From Thermoanaerobacter ethanolicus JW 200 (GTDB lineage: Bacteria > Bacillota > Thermoanaerobacteria > Thermoanaerobacterales > Thermoanaerobacteraceae), in NCBI RefSeq assembly GCF_003722315.1, contig NZ_CP033580.1, positions 2,645,127 to 2,669,126 on the forward strand: DNA of 24,000 nt, read 5' to 3'. Every line of letters begins with the position of its first letter. Position 1 is the stretch's first letter. Positions 1 through 7,766 of this stretch are shown piece after piece. The translations under genes and the position numbers were made by a program. The notes under the pieces were generated by a model, which made no database searches, was not told the DNA's origin, and worked only from the letters and a program-made list of their open reading frames with translations.

Positions 1-239
1 AAACATTCGTTTTCTGCGGTTAGGCCCATTTCCGCAAGTTCACTGTTGATTGCTGCCATCTCGAGATATCCTTTTTTCATGCTCTCGCGTATTTGAACTT
101 TTTTCCTCTCGCGTATATATAATTTCATCGCTTCTCTTATAAATTCACTGCGATTTCTGTTTTCCATAGCGGCAAGAACGTCGACCTCTTCTAATAAACT
201 CTGAGGTAAGCTCACAAGTATTCGCTTTGTTTCGCCCAC
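1..239 (-). CDS. mazE: Ribbon-helix-helix (CopG-family) antitoxin, EndoAI/MazE-like; 3' end cut by window edge
   Basis: Not in the ORF track because it runs off the window. Reverse-strand GTG at 239-237 is preceded by GGAGG (252-248). Translation is VGETKRILVSLPQSLLEEVDVLAAMENRNRSEFIREAMKLYIRERKKVQIRESMKKGYLEMAAINSELAEMGLTAENEC... This RHH pattern resembles B. subtilis EndoAI (compare ...RRGYMEMAKINLNI...). It lies directly downstream of alr, as in the Bacillus alr-ndoAI-ndoA locus. Confidence 0.75.
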   Translation of the reverse strand, partial: MGETKRILVSLPQSLLEEVDVLAAMENRNRSEFIREAMKLYIRERKKVQIRESMKKGYLEMAAINSELAEMGLTAENEC

Positions 240-271
240 TTTTAGGACCTCCTTACGCACTTATATAATTT

Positions 272-301
272 ATTATATATTACTATATATAATGATGTCA
301 A
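272..301 (-). promoter_or_regulatory. Candidate sigma-A promoter for mazE
   Basis: Reverse strand reads TTGACA (301-296), 18 nt, TATAAT (277-272), about 30 nt upstream of the GTG. The spacer and -10 carry a short inverted repeat ATTATAT/ATATAAT that could be an autoregulatory operator. Confidence 0.4.
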
Positions 302-340
302 TCATTTGTAAATTTTATACTATAAAAGTCAAATTTTTAA

Positions 341-1495
341 TTAATTTTTTACTTCAACTACCTCTCCTTTGTAAATATATATTCGAGGCACCCTTCTAGA
401 TATTCCACAATATACTTCATAAGGTATAGTATTTAATTTTTTAGCAATCTCATCCGCTGTTATTTTTTCTCCCTCTTGATTTCCAAAAATAACTACATCA
501 TCACCTAGTTCTACTCCTTCTATATCGGTGACATCTATCATCGTTTGGTCCATACAAATTCTCCCAATTACAGGAGCATATTTCCCTTTTACTAAGACAT
601 GATGATTATTAGAGAGTAATCTATTAAAACCATCAGCATATCCTACAGGCAATGTGGCAATTTTGCTTTTTCTTTTAGTTATAAATGTCCTTCCATAACT
701 AATGGAAGTACCTTCAGGTACCTCTTTTATATGCACTATTTTAGTTTTAAAGCCCATAGTTTGTTTTAAATCCAATGGTCTTTCGACTTCTTCTGAAGGA
801 TAACTGCCGTATAAAACTATTCCTGGCCTTACCATGTCTAAATAAGTATATTTAAGGTCAATAATTGCTCCACTGTTAGCTATATGCTTTAAAGGAATAT
901 TTATCCTTTTTTCTTTTAACCTTTCCAACAATTTTTTGAACACATCAAACTGTTTTTCAGCATATGTTTTATTTTTTTCATCAGAAGTAGCAAAATGACT
1001 AAATATGCCTTCTACTTCTACCCCTTCCATTTCCATCATTTTTTCTATCTCTTTTTCAGCTACCTTTAAATCTGTATATCCTATCCGTCCCATACCTGTA
1101 TCAATTTTTACATGAACTTTAGCCTTCTTACCCACATTTAAGGCAATTCTTTCTAAGTCTTTAACATAGTTTATATCAAAAACAGTTTGAGTTATATTGT
1201 GCACAATTAATTCTTTGGCCTGAGTTAAAGGAGTATATCCAATAACGAGTATGGGAATATTAATTCCGCATTCCCTTAATTCTAACGCCTCTTCTATTGT
1301 AGCTACTGCCAAATAAGAAACCCCATTTTCTATTAAAACCTTTGCTACTTGACAAGCTCCATGACCATAAGCATTGGCTTTCACTACCCCCATTATTTTT
1401 ACTTTCTTGCCCACCCATCGCTTTACTTCACTCAAATTATGCACTATATTATCCAAATATATTTCTGCTCTTGTTGGCCTTATATTATCAAACAT
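341..1495 (-). CDS. alr: Alanine racemase
   Basis: 384-aa ORF with the PLP-lysine motif VVKANAYGHG near the N-terminus and a C-terminal GRICMD region typical of Alr. Full length for the family. Confidence 0.95.
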   Translation of the reverse strand: MFDNIRPTRAEIYLDNIVHNLSEVKRWVGKKVKIMGVVKANAYGHGACQVAKVLIENGVSYLAVATIEEALELRECGINIPILVIGYTPLTQAKELIVHNITQTVFDINYVKDLERIALNVGKKAKVHVKIDTGMGRIGYTDLKVAEKEIEKMMEMEGVEVEGIFSHFATSDEKNKTYAEKQFDVFKKLLERLKEKRINIPLKHIANSGAIIDLKYTYLDMVRPGIVLYGSYPSEEVERPLDLKQTMGFKTKIVHIKEVPEGTSISYGRTFITKRKSKIATLPVGYADGFNRLLSNNHHVLVKGKYAPVIGRICMDQTMIDVTDIEGVELGDDVVIFGNQEGEKITADEIAKKLNTIPYEVYCGISRRVPRIYIYKGEVVEVKN

Positions 1496-1514
1496 TAAAA
1501 ATCCCCCTTGTTTT

Positions 1515-2525
1515 TCACCTCAAGGATTTTATCACTTTAAGTATCTCCTCTTCATTCAAATCCCCGGTTACTGTAATTTTTACTTGCATACCATTTACCA
1601 TCGTAGTATATTCCTTTTCCCCATTGTCTTTTTCTTTATAATACACTCCTTCACTCAAAAGAAATCCTTTTTCATTAACTATTTCGTTTTGGTCAACTAC
1701 AGTTTCAAAAATTTCTATCAAATCCCCACCCGAAGTATACACAAAAGTAACTCCATTATTTTTATTAACATTCACTAATACATTTAAAAGTTTAAAGCCT
1801 TGTGGTAAATACACAGGCATTACAGGATTTATGCCGCAATATTTATAAACCTCTTTTGCATCTATTTCTATTACTGGAGAATCTAAAAGATTTCCCGCTA
1901 ACGTCGTTACGCTATCCTTAGTAAACAACTTGTCATTTATCTCAGGGTTATATTTATAATCCTTATAAGTAATTTTTGAAAAAATTTCATTATTAATATC
2001 AAAAATTGTCAATTCTTTAGGTGTCAAATCCTCTTTAGAAAAAGCCATTTGTTCTTTGTACATGAAAATATTTTTATCCAAAATAGGAACTGTTATTAAA
2101 TAAAATTTATCCATCTCTCTTTTTTCTATCTCTCCACCTGAATTAATATAGTTTTTTATAAAAGAAGTAATCATCGAATACAAAGGAATCTCTTCTGTAT
2201 TTTCTGCTACAAAAACTTGATTCACCTTTGCAAAATACACATAACTTCTTTTGCCGTCATATACAATAATTTTATCCGGACTCCCATTTTCTTTTAAAAC
2301 TTCTAATCGAAATTTACCTTTTTTGTAAAATTGCACAACTGCAAATTTGTTATCTATCTTGTTGTTATAAAGCTCTACAATTGCTGTGGCAGTATAACTT
2401 TCTAATTTATCTAATTGTTCTTTAATAGAAATAAAAGGATCTTTAACTTTTTTTGTTTTTACTCCACACCCTGAAAGAAGAAATATAAGCACAAAAACAA
2501 TTACAAAAAAGCTCTTTTTCAACAA
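1515..2525 (-). CDS. LolA-fold / DUF4367-type lipoprotein, YdcC-like (sporulation-associated in Bacillus)
   Basis: 336 aa. Signal peptide plus lipobox MLKKSFFVIVFVLIFLLSGC. Its position between nnr/acpS and alr mirrors B. subtilis ydcC. The fold assignment rests on sequence pattern and synteny only. Confidence 0.65.
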   Translation of the reverse strand: MLKKSFFVIVFVLIFLLSGCGVKTKKVKDPFISIKEQLDKLESYTATAIVELYNNKIDNKFAVVQFYKKGKFRLEVLKENGSPDKIIVYDGKRSYVYFAKVNQVFVAENTEEIPLYSMITSFIKNYINSGGEIEKREMDKFYLITVPILDKNIFMYKEQMAFSKEDLTPKELTIFDINNEIFSKITYKDYKYNPEINDKLFTKDSVTTLAGNLLDSPVIEIDAKEVYKYCGINPVMPVYLPQGFKLLNVLVNVNKNNGVTFVYTSGGDLIEIFETVVDQNEIVNEKGFLLSEGVYYKEKDNGEKEYTTMVNGMQVKITVTGDLNEEEILKVIKSLR

Positions 2526-2536
2526 CTCTCACCCTC

Positions 2537-4069
2537 TTACAAACCACATTTAAGAGCCTCTGGAATGTTCTCAAGGATATCCATCGCTGTCATTCCATAC
2601 TCTCCCACATATTCTTTAGCAATATCTCCTGCCTTCCCATGATAAAATACCCCATAAATTGCCGCTTTTTCTTCGCTAAACCCTTGAGCCAAAAAAGCTG
2701 TAATCATTCCTGTCAAAACATCTCCACTACCAGCAGTTGCCATCCCGGGATTGCCTGTGCTATTTATATATATGCTTCCTTCTTTTGTCGCTATTACAGT
2801 TTTAGCACCTTTAAGTACAAGTGTCACTTTGTACCTATCAATAAAAGTTTTTGCTACTTCAAAAAGATTATTCTTAATCTCATCAATCTCTAGGCCTGTC
2901 AATCTTGACATTTCCCCATAATGGGGAGTTAGAATAATTTTTTTACCTTGTATAACTTCCAATCTTCCTACCAAAGCATTGAGAGCATCAGCATCTAAAA
3001 CTACAGGCTTATCCGTATTTTTTACAATGTCATATACCAATTGTGAAATATCTCTATCATGAGTCAATCCTGGTCCTATAGCAATAACATCACTTTCCTC
3101 TATTAACTCTAGTACACTACTTAAAGCATTATGGGATAAAATACCATTTTGTTCCTCTAATCCATAGGTTATAACCTCATAAAGTCCCCCCTGAATTACT
3201 GATTGCACACTTTGGGGAACTGCTAATTTCACCAATCCGCAACCTGCCTTAATAGCGCTTTTAGCACTCAAATATGCTGCTCCTGTCATATTTTTAGAAC
3301 CAGCTATAATCAAAGCTTTACCATAATCTCCTTTATGAGTATTTCCATGCCTTTTTGGAAGCTTTACATCCTCTGAAGTCACAAGGTTATAATTATAACC
3401 TACCTCTGCTGCTAACCGGTAAGGAATCCCTATTTCAGCAACACGAACTTCTCCTGCATAATCGGCACCCGGATACACTAATAAGCCTGGCTTTAGAAAT
3501 TGCATAGTAACTGTTTTAGTAGCCCTAACAGCGCATCCTTCTACTTTACCTGTATCAGCATTTAATCCAGAAGGAATATCGACAGATACCACAATTTTAT
3601 TGGCTTGGTTTATCATTTCTATAATCTCTTTTGTTATGCCGCTTATTTCTCCTTTAAGCCCAATTCCGTAAATTGCGTCCACAATCACATCGCTGTCTTT
3701 AATAGTTTTTTCCAAAAATTTTAGATGTTCTCTTTGAGTAATTTCCGCTACATAAATCCCCATATTTAGGATTGCATCTAAATTTACTTTTGCATCCCCT
3801 GAAATAGCACCTAAACTTGTAGTTAAAAATACTTTTACATCGACTCCCCAATTATGAAGATTTCTAGCCACTACATAGCCATCTCCACCATTATTCCCCT
3901 TTCCAGATATAACTATTACAGAGTTTAAATTCTCTTCCTCTAAAATCTTTTTCACTTCTAGCGCTGTTTCTCTTCCCGCATTCTCCATTAAACCTATAGA
4001 AGGAATTCCTATTTTTTCTATAGCTATTTTTTCAACTCCTCTCATCTGTTTTGATGTCAGCACTATCAT
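2537..4069 (-). CDS. nnr: Bifunctional NAD(P)H-hydrate epimerase / ADP-dependent dehydratase
   Basis: YjeF_N motif SGKGNNGGDGYVVAR and C-terminal kinase-fold motif AGSGDVLTG. The start is moved from the ORF-track 4096 to the ATG at 4069 (MIVLTSKQMR), which has GGAGGTG 6 nt upstream. Confidence 0.9.
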   Translation of the reverse strand: MIVLTSKQMRGVEKIAIEKIGIPSIGLMENAGRETALEVKKILEEENLNSVIVISGKGNNGGDGYVVARNLHNWGVDVKVFLTTSLGAISGDAKVNLDAILNMGIYVAEITQREHLKFLEKTIKDSDVIVDAIYGIGLKGEISGITKEIIEMINQANKIVVSVDIPSGLNADTGKVEGCAVRATKTVTMQFLKPGLLVYPGADYAGEVRVAEIGIPYRLAAEVGYNYNLVTSEDVKLPKRHGNTHKGDYGKALIIAGSKNMTGAAYLSAKSAIKAGCGLVKLAVPQSVQSVIQGGLYEVITYGLEEQNGILSHNALSSVLELIEESDVIAIGPGLTHDRDISQLVYDIVKNTDKPVVLDADALNALVGRLEVIQGKKIILTPHYGEMSRLTGLEIDEIKNNLFEVAKTFIDRYKVTLVLKGAKTVIATKEGSIYINSTGNPGMATAGSGDVLTGMITAFLAQGFSEEKAAIYGVFYHGKAGDIAKEYVGEYGMTAMDILENIPEALKCGL

Positions 4070-4448
4070 TTTTTTCACCTCCAATAGCAATAGCACAGCT
4101 TATAGCATAGGTCTTCGTATGAGAAATAGACAGCTTTATATCCCTTATTCCCTTTTTGTCTGCAATATTTTTAGCCTTCCCCTTTAAAATTACGGCAGGG
4201 GCTCCTTTTTCATCGTGACATATTTCAATATCTTTCCAGCTAAAACCACTGATACCTGTTCCTAAGACTTTTGATATGCTTTCTTTTGCTGAAAAAAAAC
4301 CCGCTATATGAGGTAATTTCATCCTTTTACTGTTAAAATACTCTATCTCTTTTTGAGTAAATAACCGTTCCAAAAATTTAGAATTTGCATCAAAAGCTTT
4401 TTTTATCCTTTCAACTTCTACAATATCCGTTCCCACAAACAGTTCCAT
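4032..4448 (-). CDS. acpS: Holo-[acyl-carrier-protein] synthase
   Basis: N-terminal GTDIVEVERI and ...SISHTKTYAISCAIA... are typical of AcpS. SD GGAGGA lies 9 nt upstream. The last ~14 codons overlap the nnr start by 38 nt. Confidence 0.9.
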   Translation of the reverse strand: MELFVGTDIVEVERIKKAFDANSKFLERLFTQKEIEYFNSKRMKLPHIAGFFSAKESISKVLGTGISGFSWKDIEICHDEKGAPAVILKGKAKNIADKKGIRDIKLSISHTKTYAISCAIAIGGEKNDSADIKTDERS

Positions 4449-4478
4449 ATATACAGTTCCTCCAATTATCCTAATTAC

Positions 4479-4506
4479 ATTATATTATTTCTCTATTAAT
4501 TCACAA
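4479..4506 (-). promoter_or_regulatory. Candidate sigma-A promoter for the acpS-nnr-ydcC-alr operon
   Basis: Reverse strand reads TTGTGA (4506-4501), 16 nt, TATAAT (4484-4479), immediately downstream of the 4525-4545 terminator. Confidence 0.45.
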
Positions 4507-4510
4507 AATC

Positions 4511-4545
4511 CTTCAAAAAAATAAAAGAAGGCATGACACCTTCTT
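4511..4545 (-). terminator. Rho-independent terminator of the 121-aa gene
   Basis: Stem AAGAAGG (4525-4531) / CCTTCTT (4539-4545) with a 7-nt loop. On the minus strand it is followed by TTTTATTTTTTTG. It overlaps the stop codon. Confidence 0.65.
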
Positions 4546-4909
4546 AAATAGCAACCTTACACAATTTAGCTTGTCTATCATAGTCACTTATATAATCTTC
4601 ACACATATCGTCAATTACTTCATACAGATGAACAGGCGATACCGTCATTTCTTTAAAGAATTGTGCTAGCTTGTCCACTTTTTCAAAGTAAGGACTTATA
4701 TTTGTCACTTTTTCTTCTATTATTTCAATTTTCTCCTTTTCTCCATCAAAAATTTCTTGAAGAATTTTGATCCCATACGACGGCAATTTTACTTCCTCTT
4801 TTCCGTTAAAAACACTTATTTCTGACATGACCACTGTGTAGTGAGTAGTTATGTTTCTCCTTTCTTCCTCCCTTGTCGATATGTACTCGCTCACTTTCCT
4901 GTAATACAT
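4544..4909 (-). CDS. Hypothetical acidic protein (121 aa), no domain I can name with confidence
   Basis: Strong SD GGAGGGGA 7 nt upstream of the ATG, its own terminator, and coding-like composition. I recognise no motif. Confidence 0.65.
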   Translation of the reverse strand: MYYRKVSEYISTREEERRNITTHYTVVMSEISVFNGKEEVKLPSYGIKILQEIFDGEKEKIEIIEEKVTNISPYFEKVDKLAQFFKEMTVSPVHLYEVIDDMCEDYISDYDRQAKLCKVAI

Positions 4910-4938
4910 CTTACTATCCCCTCCAATTTATTTTTTAA

Positions 4939-4951
4939 GATTAATTATTAA
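4939..4951. repeat. 13-nt element GATTAATTATTAA, copy 1
   Basis: Exact 13-mer also found at 5985-5997. It contains the 5-1-5 palindrome TTAAT-T-ATTAA and lies about 30 bp upstream of the 121-aa gene start. Confidence 0.6.
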
Positions 4952-5207
4952 CTTACAATACATATTAATATATTCTATTTTTTTCTAAAAAATCCTTTAT
5001 TTTTTTGAAAATTTTTTATCGACAGAAAAGACACTTTTTTTACTTTAACAAACATTTAACAAGTCTATGTAAAACTATTTGGTGTTTTTTGCGATATCGA
5101 AAATTGTAAATTATTCTGTCTATGTTCAATATTAGAACTATAATTGTCGAAAAAAATTTATAAAAAATTTCTATCAAAAAAATTTCACAAAATACGAAAA
5201 CTCTTTT

Positions 5208-5393
5208 TTAAAGTTTTAATATCTCCTTTATTTTATCCATATATTTTTTCCCTGACCTTTCACCATGTAAAATCATGCTTAAATATGGCTCACTGGTACC
5301 TATCAATCGCGACAATTCTTTTTGTGTCATATTCAGTTCCGCCAATCTGTCATTCACTAATTTCCCAAAATCTGTTAACTTTCTTTTCTTCAT
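5208..5393 (-). CDS. Small XRE-family helix-turn-helix regulator (61 aa)
   Basis: HTH pattern MTQKELSRLIGTSEPYLSMILHGERSG. The start is moved from 5435 to the ATG at 5393 (MKKRKLTDFG), which has AAGGGGGTG 5 nt upstream. Confidence 0.75.
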   Translation of the reverse strand: MKKRKLTDFGKLVNDRLAELNMTQKELSRLIGTSEPYLSMILHGERSGKKYMDKIKEILKL

Positions 5394-5510
5394 CAAAGCA
5401 CCCCCTTGTTTTTTCCTACAAACAAAAGTTAGCATATTTATTCAGTAGGAATAATAAAATATTTGTGTTAAAATAGATAATGATTAAAAATTAACTATTT
5501 TAAATATATA

Positions 5511-5551
5511 TCTGAATTACGAAAATGTCAATACTAATATCGTAATTCAGA
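5511..5551. promoter_or_regulatory. Perfect inverted repeat, candidate operator
   Basis: TCTGAATTACGA (5511-5522), 17 nt, TCGTAATTCAGA (5540-5551). The arms are exact reverse complements. It ends 9 nt before the SD of the + strand XRE gene. Confidence 0.5.
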
Positions 5552-5572
5552 AAAAAACAAAGGAGGAGTGTT

Positions 5573-5971
5573 ATGGATACAATTGGCGAACGCATAAAAT
5601 ATGCTCGTAAAAAAAATAATTTGACTATAACAGCTTTGAGCAAACTCACAGGATTATCTGTTGGAAATTTAAGTGACCTTGAAAACAACAAATCAATGCC
5701 TTCTTCCAATGCTTTGATAAAGTTAAAAAACGCCCTTAATGTTTCAATAGATTGGCTTCTTACTGGCCAACAAATAGAATATGTAAAAGAAGAAGAGGAA
5801 AAATACTTATCGAGAGAAGAGTTTGAAAGCATCAGTGAAAAGGATAAAATAATTTTTAAAGCCTTTGAAACATTGCCTGAGGAAAGAAAGAGAGATATAG
5901 AAGGATACATAAAAGTGAGTTTGAATACTACTGATTTAGAAGAGTTCATTAAAAAAGAAAAGAAAGTATAA
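5573..5971 (+). CDS. XRE-family transcriptional regulator (132 aa) with a charged C-terminal extension
   Basis: SD AGGAGGAG 5 nt upstream. N-terminal HTH is IGERIKYARKKNNLTITALSKLTGLSVGNLSDLENNKSMPSSNALIKLKNALNVSIDWLLTG. The C-terminal ~65 aa are Glu/Lys-rich with no recognised domain. Confidence 0.85.
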   Translation: MDTIGERIKYARKKNNLTITALSKLTGLSVGNLSDLENNKSMPSSNALIKLKNALNVSIDWLLTGQQIEYVKEEEEKYLSREEFESISEKDKIIFKAFETLPEERKRDIEGYIKVSLNTTDLEEFIKKEKKV

Positions 5972-5981
5972 TTTTAACCAT

Positions 5982-6002
5982 TATGATTAATTATTAATCA
6001 TA
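5982..6002. repeat. 21-bp AT-rich palindrome (includes copy 2 of the 13-nt element at 5985-5997)
   Basis: TATGATTAAT-T-ATTAATCATA, perfect 10-bp arms around one central base. Confidence 0.6.
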
Positions 6003-6007
6003 GTGAC

Positions 6008-6043
6008 AAAAGATTACGGCTGCATTTTGCAGCCGTAATCTTT
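6008..6043. terminator. Bidirectional rho-independent terminator between XRE (+) and hcp (-)
   Basis: 14-bp perfect stem AGATTACGGCTGCA (6011-6024) / TGCAGCCGTAATCT (6028-6041) with loop TTT. It is flanked by AAA on the left and TTT on the right and abuts the hcp stop codon. Confidence 0.75.
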
Positions 6044-7685
6044 ACTCACCCATGAACATTTTCATATCATCTTCTACGTTTGTGATACCACCAATGCCAA
6101 ATTTGTCAACTAATACTTTTGTGACATTTGGTGATAAGAAAGCAGGAAGCGTAGGTCCTAAATGAATATTTTTTACTCCGAGGTATAAAAGTGCCAAAAG
6201 CACTATAACAGCCTTCTGTTCATACCACGCAATGTTGTAAGAAATAGGAAGCTTGTTTATGTCATTTAAACCAAAGACTTCTTTAAGCTTCATGGCTATC
6301 ACAGCTAATGAGTAAGAGTCATTGCACTGTCCTGCGTCTAAAACTCTTGGAATTCCGTTTATGTCTCCAAGGTTTAACTTGTTGTACCTGTATTTTGCAC
6401 AACCTGCAGTTAAAATGACTGTATCTTTAGGAAGAGCTTTAGCAAATTCGGTATAATAGGTTCTGCTCTTCATTCTGCCGTCACAGCCTGCCATTACGAA
6501 AAATCTCTTTATAGCTCCTGTCTTTACCGCTTCTACAATTTTATCCGCCAGCTCTAAAACTTGGTTGTGAGCAAAACCACCAATTATTTCCCCTCTTTCA
6601 ATCTCCACAGGTGGCTTGCATCTCTTTGCATGTTCAATTATTTCTGAAAAGTCCTTCTTTCCGTCGGGACCTTCTGGAATGTATTTTACTCCCTCAAAGC
6701 CTACAACACCTGTAGTGTAAACTCTATCCTTGTAGGAATCCTTTGGAGGCACAAGGCAGTTTGTAGTCATTAAAATTGGTCCGTTAAATAGCTCAAACTC
6801 CTTATCCTGCTGCCACCATGCATTTCCATAATTACCAACAAAATGCGGATATTTCTTAAAAGCTGGATAATAATGAGCAGGAAGCATTTCTCCATGTGTA
6901 TAAACATCTACCCCTGTACCAGCAGTTTGCTCTAACAATTGCTCTAAGTCTTTCAAGTCATGACCGCTTATCAATATTCCAGGATTATTTCTCACACCGA
7001 TATTAACTTTTGTTATCTCAGGATGGCCATAAGTCGAGGTATTTGCTTTGTCAAGGAGCGCCATTGTATCAACACCATATTTTCCTGCCTCGAGTGCAAG
7101 AGCCACATAATCATCAGCAGTTAAGCTGTCATCTAAAACTTTAGCTAAAGCCTTTTCCATAAACCTAAATATATTATCATCTTTGTATCCCAGCTGATAT
7201 GCGTGATATGCATAAGCCGCCATACCTTTTACACCATAAGTGATAAGCTCTCTCAAGGACCTTATATCTTCGTCTTTCGTAGATAAAACTCCTACTTCAG
7301 CTGCTATTGCTTCTATATCTTCATCTGTATCATAAACCCAGTTTATTGCCTCACAGGATTCGTCTACTTCAATTCCTGCCTTTTTGAGGTCTTCTTTTAT
7401 TTCTTCTCTTAATGCAACAGCTTCTTTTATTTTGTTAATAAAGAAGTTTCTGTCAAAATTAACGTTAGTTATTGTGGAAAATAATCCCTCAAAAAGGAAT
7501 CTGTCCGTCTTCTCTTTATTTACTCCTGCCTCTCTTGCTTTTAAATTTAAAAAAGATATGCCTTTTAATGTAAAAATCAACAAATCTTGCAGATTTGCAA
7601 CGTCGTATGTCTTACCGCATACACCTCTCACTGTACACCCTATGCCCTGAGAGGCTTCTTGACATTGATAGCAAAACATACTCAT
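6042..7685 (-). CDS. hcp: Hydroxylamine reductase / hybrid-cluster protein
   Basis: N-terminal Cys cluster [23 protein letters not shown], with family-typical length and sequence. The start is moved from 7718 to the ATG at 7685 (MSMFCYQ), which has AAAGGAGGAAG 5 nt upstream. Confidence 0.93.
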   Translation of the reverse strand: MSMFCYQCQEASQGIGCTVRGVCGKTYDVANLQDLLIFTLKGISFLNLKAREAGVNKEKTDRFLFEGLFSTITNVNFDRNFFINKIKEAVALREEIKEDLKKAGIEVDESCEAINWVYDTDEDIEAIAAEVGVLSTKDEDIRSLRELITYGVKGMAAYAYHAYQLGYKDDNIFRFMEKALAKVLDDSLTADDYVALALEAGKYGVDTMALLDKANTSTYGHPEITKVNIGVRNNPGILISGHDLKDLEQLLEQTAGTGVDVYTHGEMLPAHYYPAFKKYPHFVGNYGNAWWQQDKEFELFNGPILMTTNCLVPPKDSYKDRVYTTGVVGFEGVKYIPEGPDGKKDFSEIIEHAKRCKPPVEIERGEIIGGFAHNQVLELADKIVEAVKTGAIKRFFVMAGCDGRMKSRTYYTEFAKALPKDTVILTAGCAKYRYNKLNLGDINGIPRVLDAGQCNDSYSLAVIAMKLKEVFGLNDINKLPISYNIAWYEQKAVIVLLALLYLGVKNIHLGPTLPAFLSPNVTKVLVDKFGIGGITNVEDDMKMFMGE

Positions 7686-7750
7686 TTTACTTCCTCCTTT
7701 TTCTAAGTTTTTGCCCACAAATTATGATAAGCTAAAAACTCAAAAGAATC

Positions 7751-7766
7751 TGTGATAAAAATCACA
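7751..7766 (-). promoter_or_regulatory. TGTGA-N6-TCACA palindrome (CRP/FNR-family or Rex-type operator) upstream of hcp
   Basis: Exact sequence TGTGATAAAAATCACA. Its centre is ~73 bp upstream of the hcp ATG and ~32-35 bp upstream of candidate -10 hexamers TATCAT/CATAAT (7729-7721, minus strand). That gives class-II-activator-like spacing. Confidence 0.55.

Noticed and set aside
1342-1778. ORF-track + strand ORFs 1342-1641 and 1374-1778 (99 and 134 aa)
   Set aside because: They lie antisense to alr and the lipoprotein gene. The translations are low-complexity, Leu/Phe/Ile/Ser-rich, with no SD. These are typical shadow ORFs of AT-rich coding DNA.
2639-2893. ORF 2639-2893 (+), 84 aa
   Set aside because: Antisense shadow ORF inside nnr, with no SD and no recognisable motif.
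5144-5949. ORFs 5144-5476 (+), 110 aa, and 5500-5949 (-), 149 aa
   Set aside because: Each is antisense to a well-supported XRE gene (clear HTH motifs and good SDs). The translations are Lys/Phe/Ser/Leu low-complexity.
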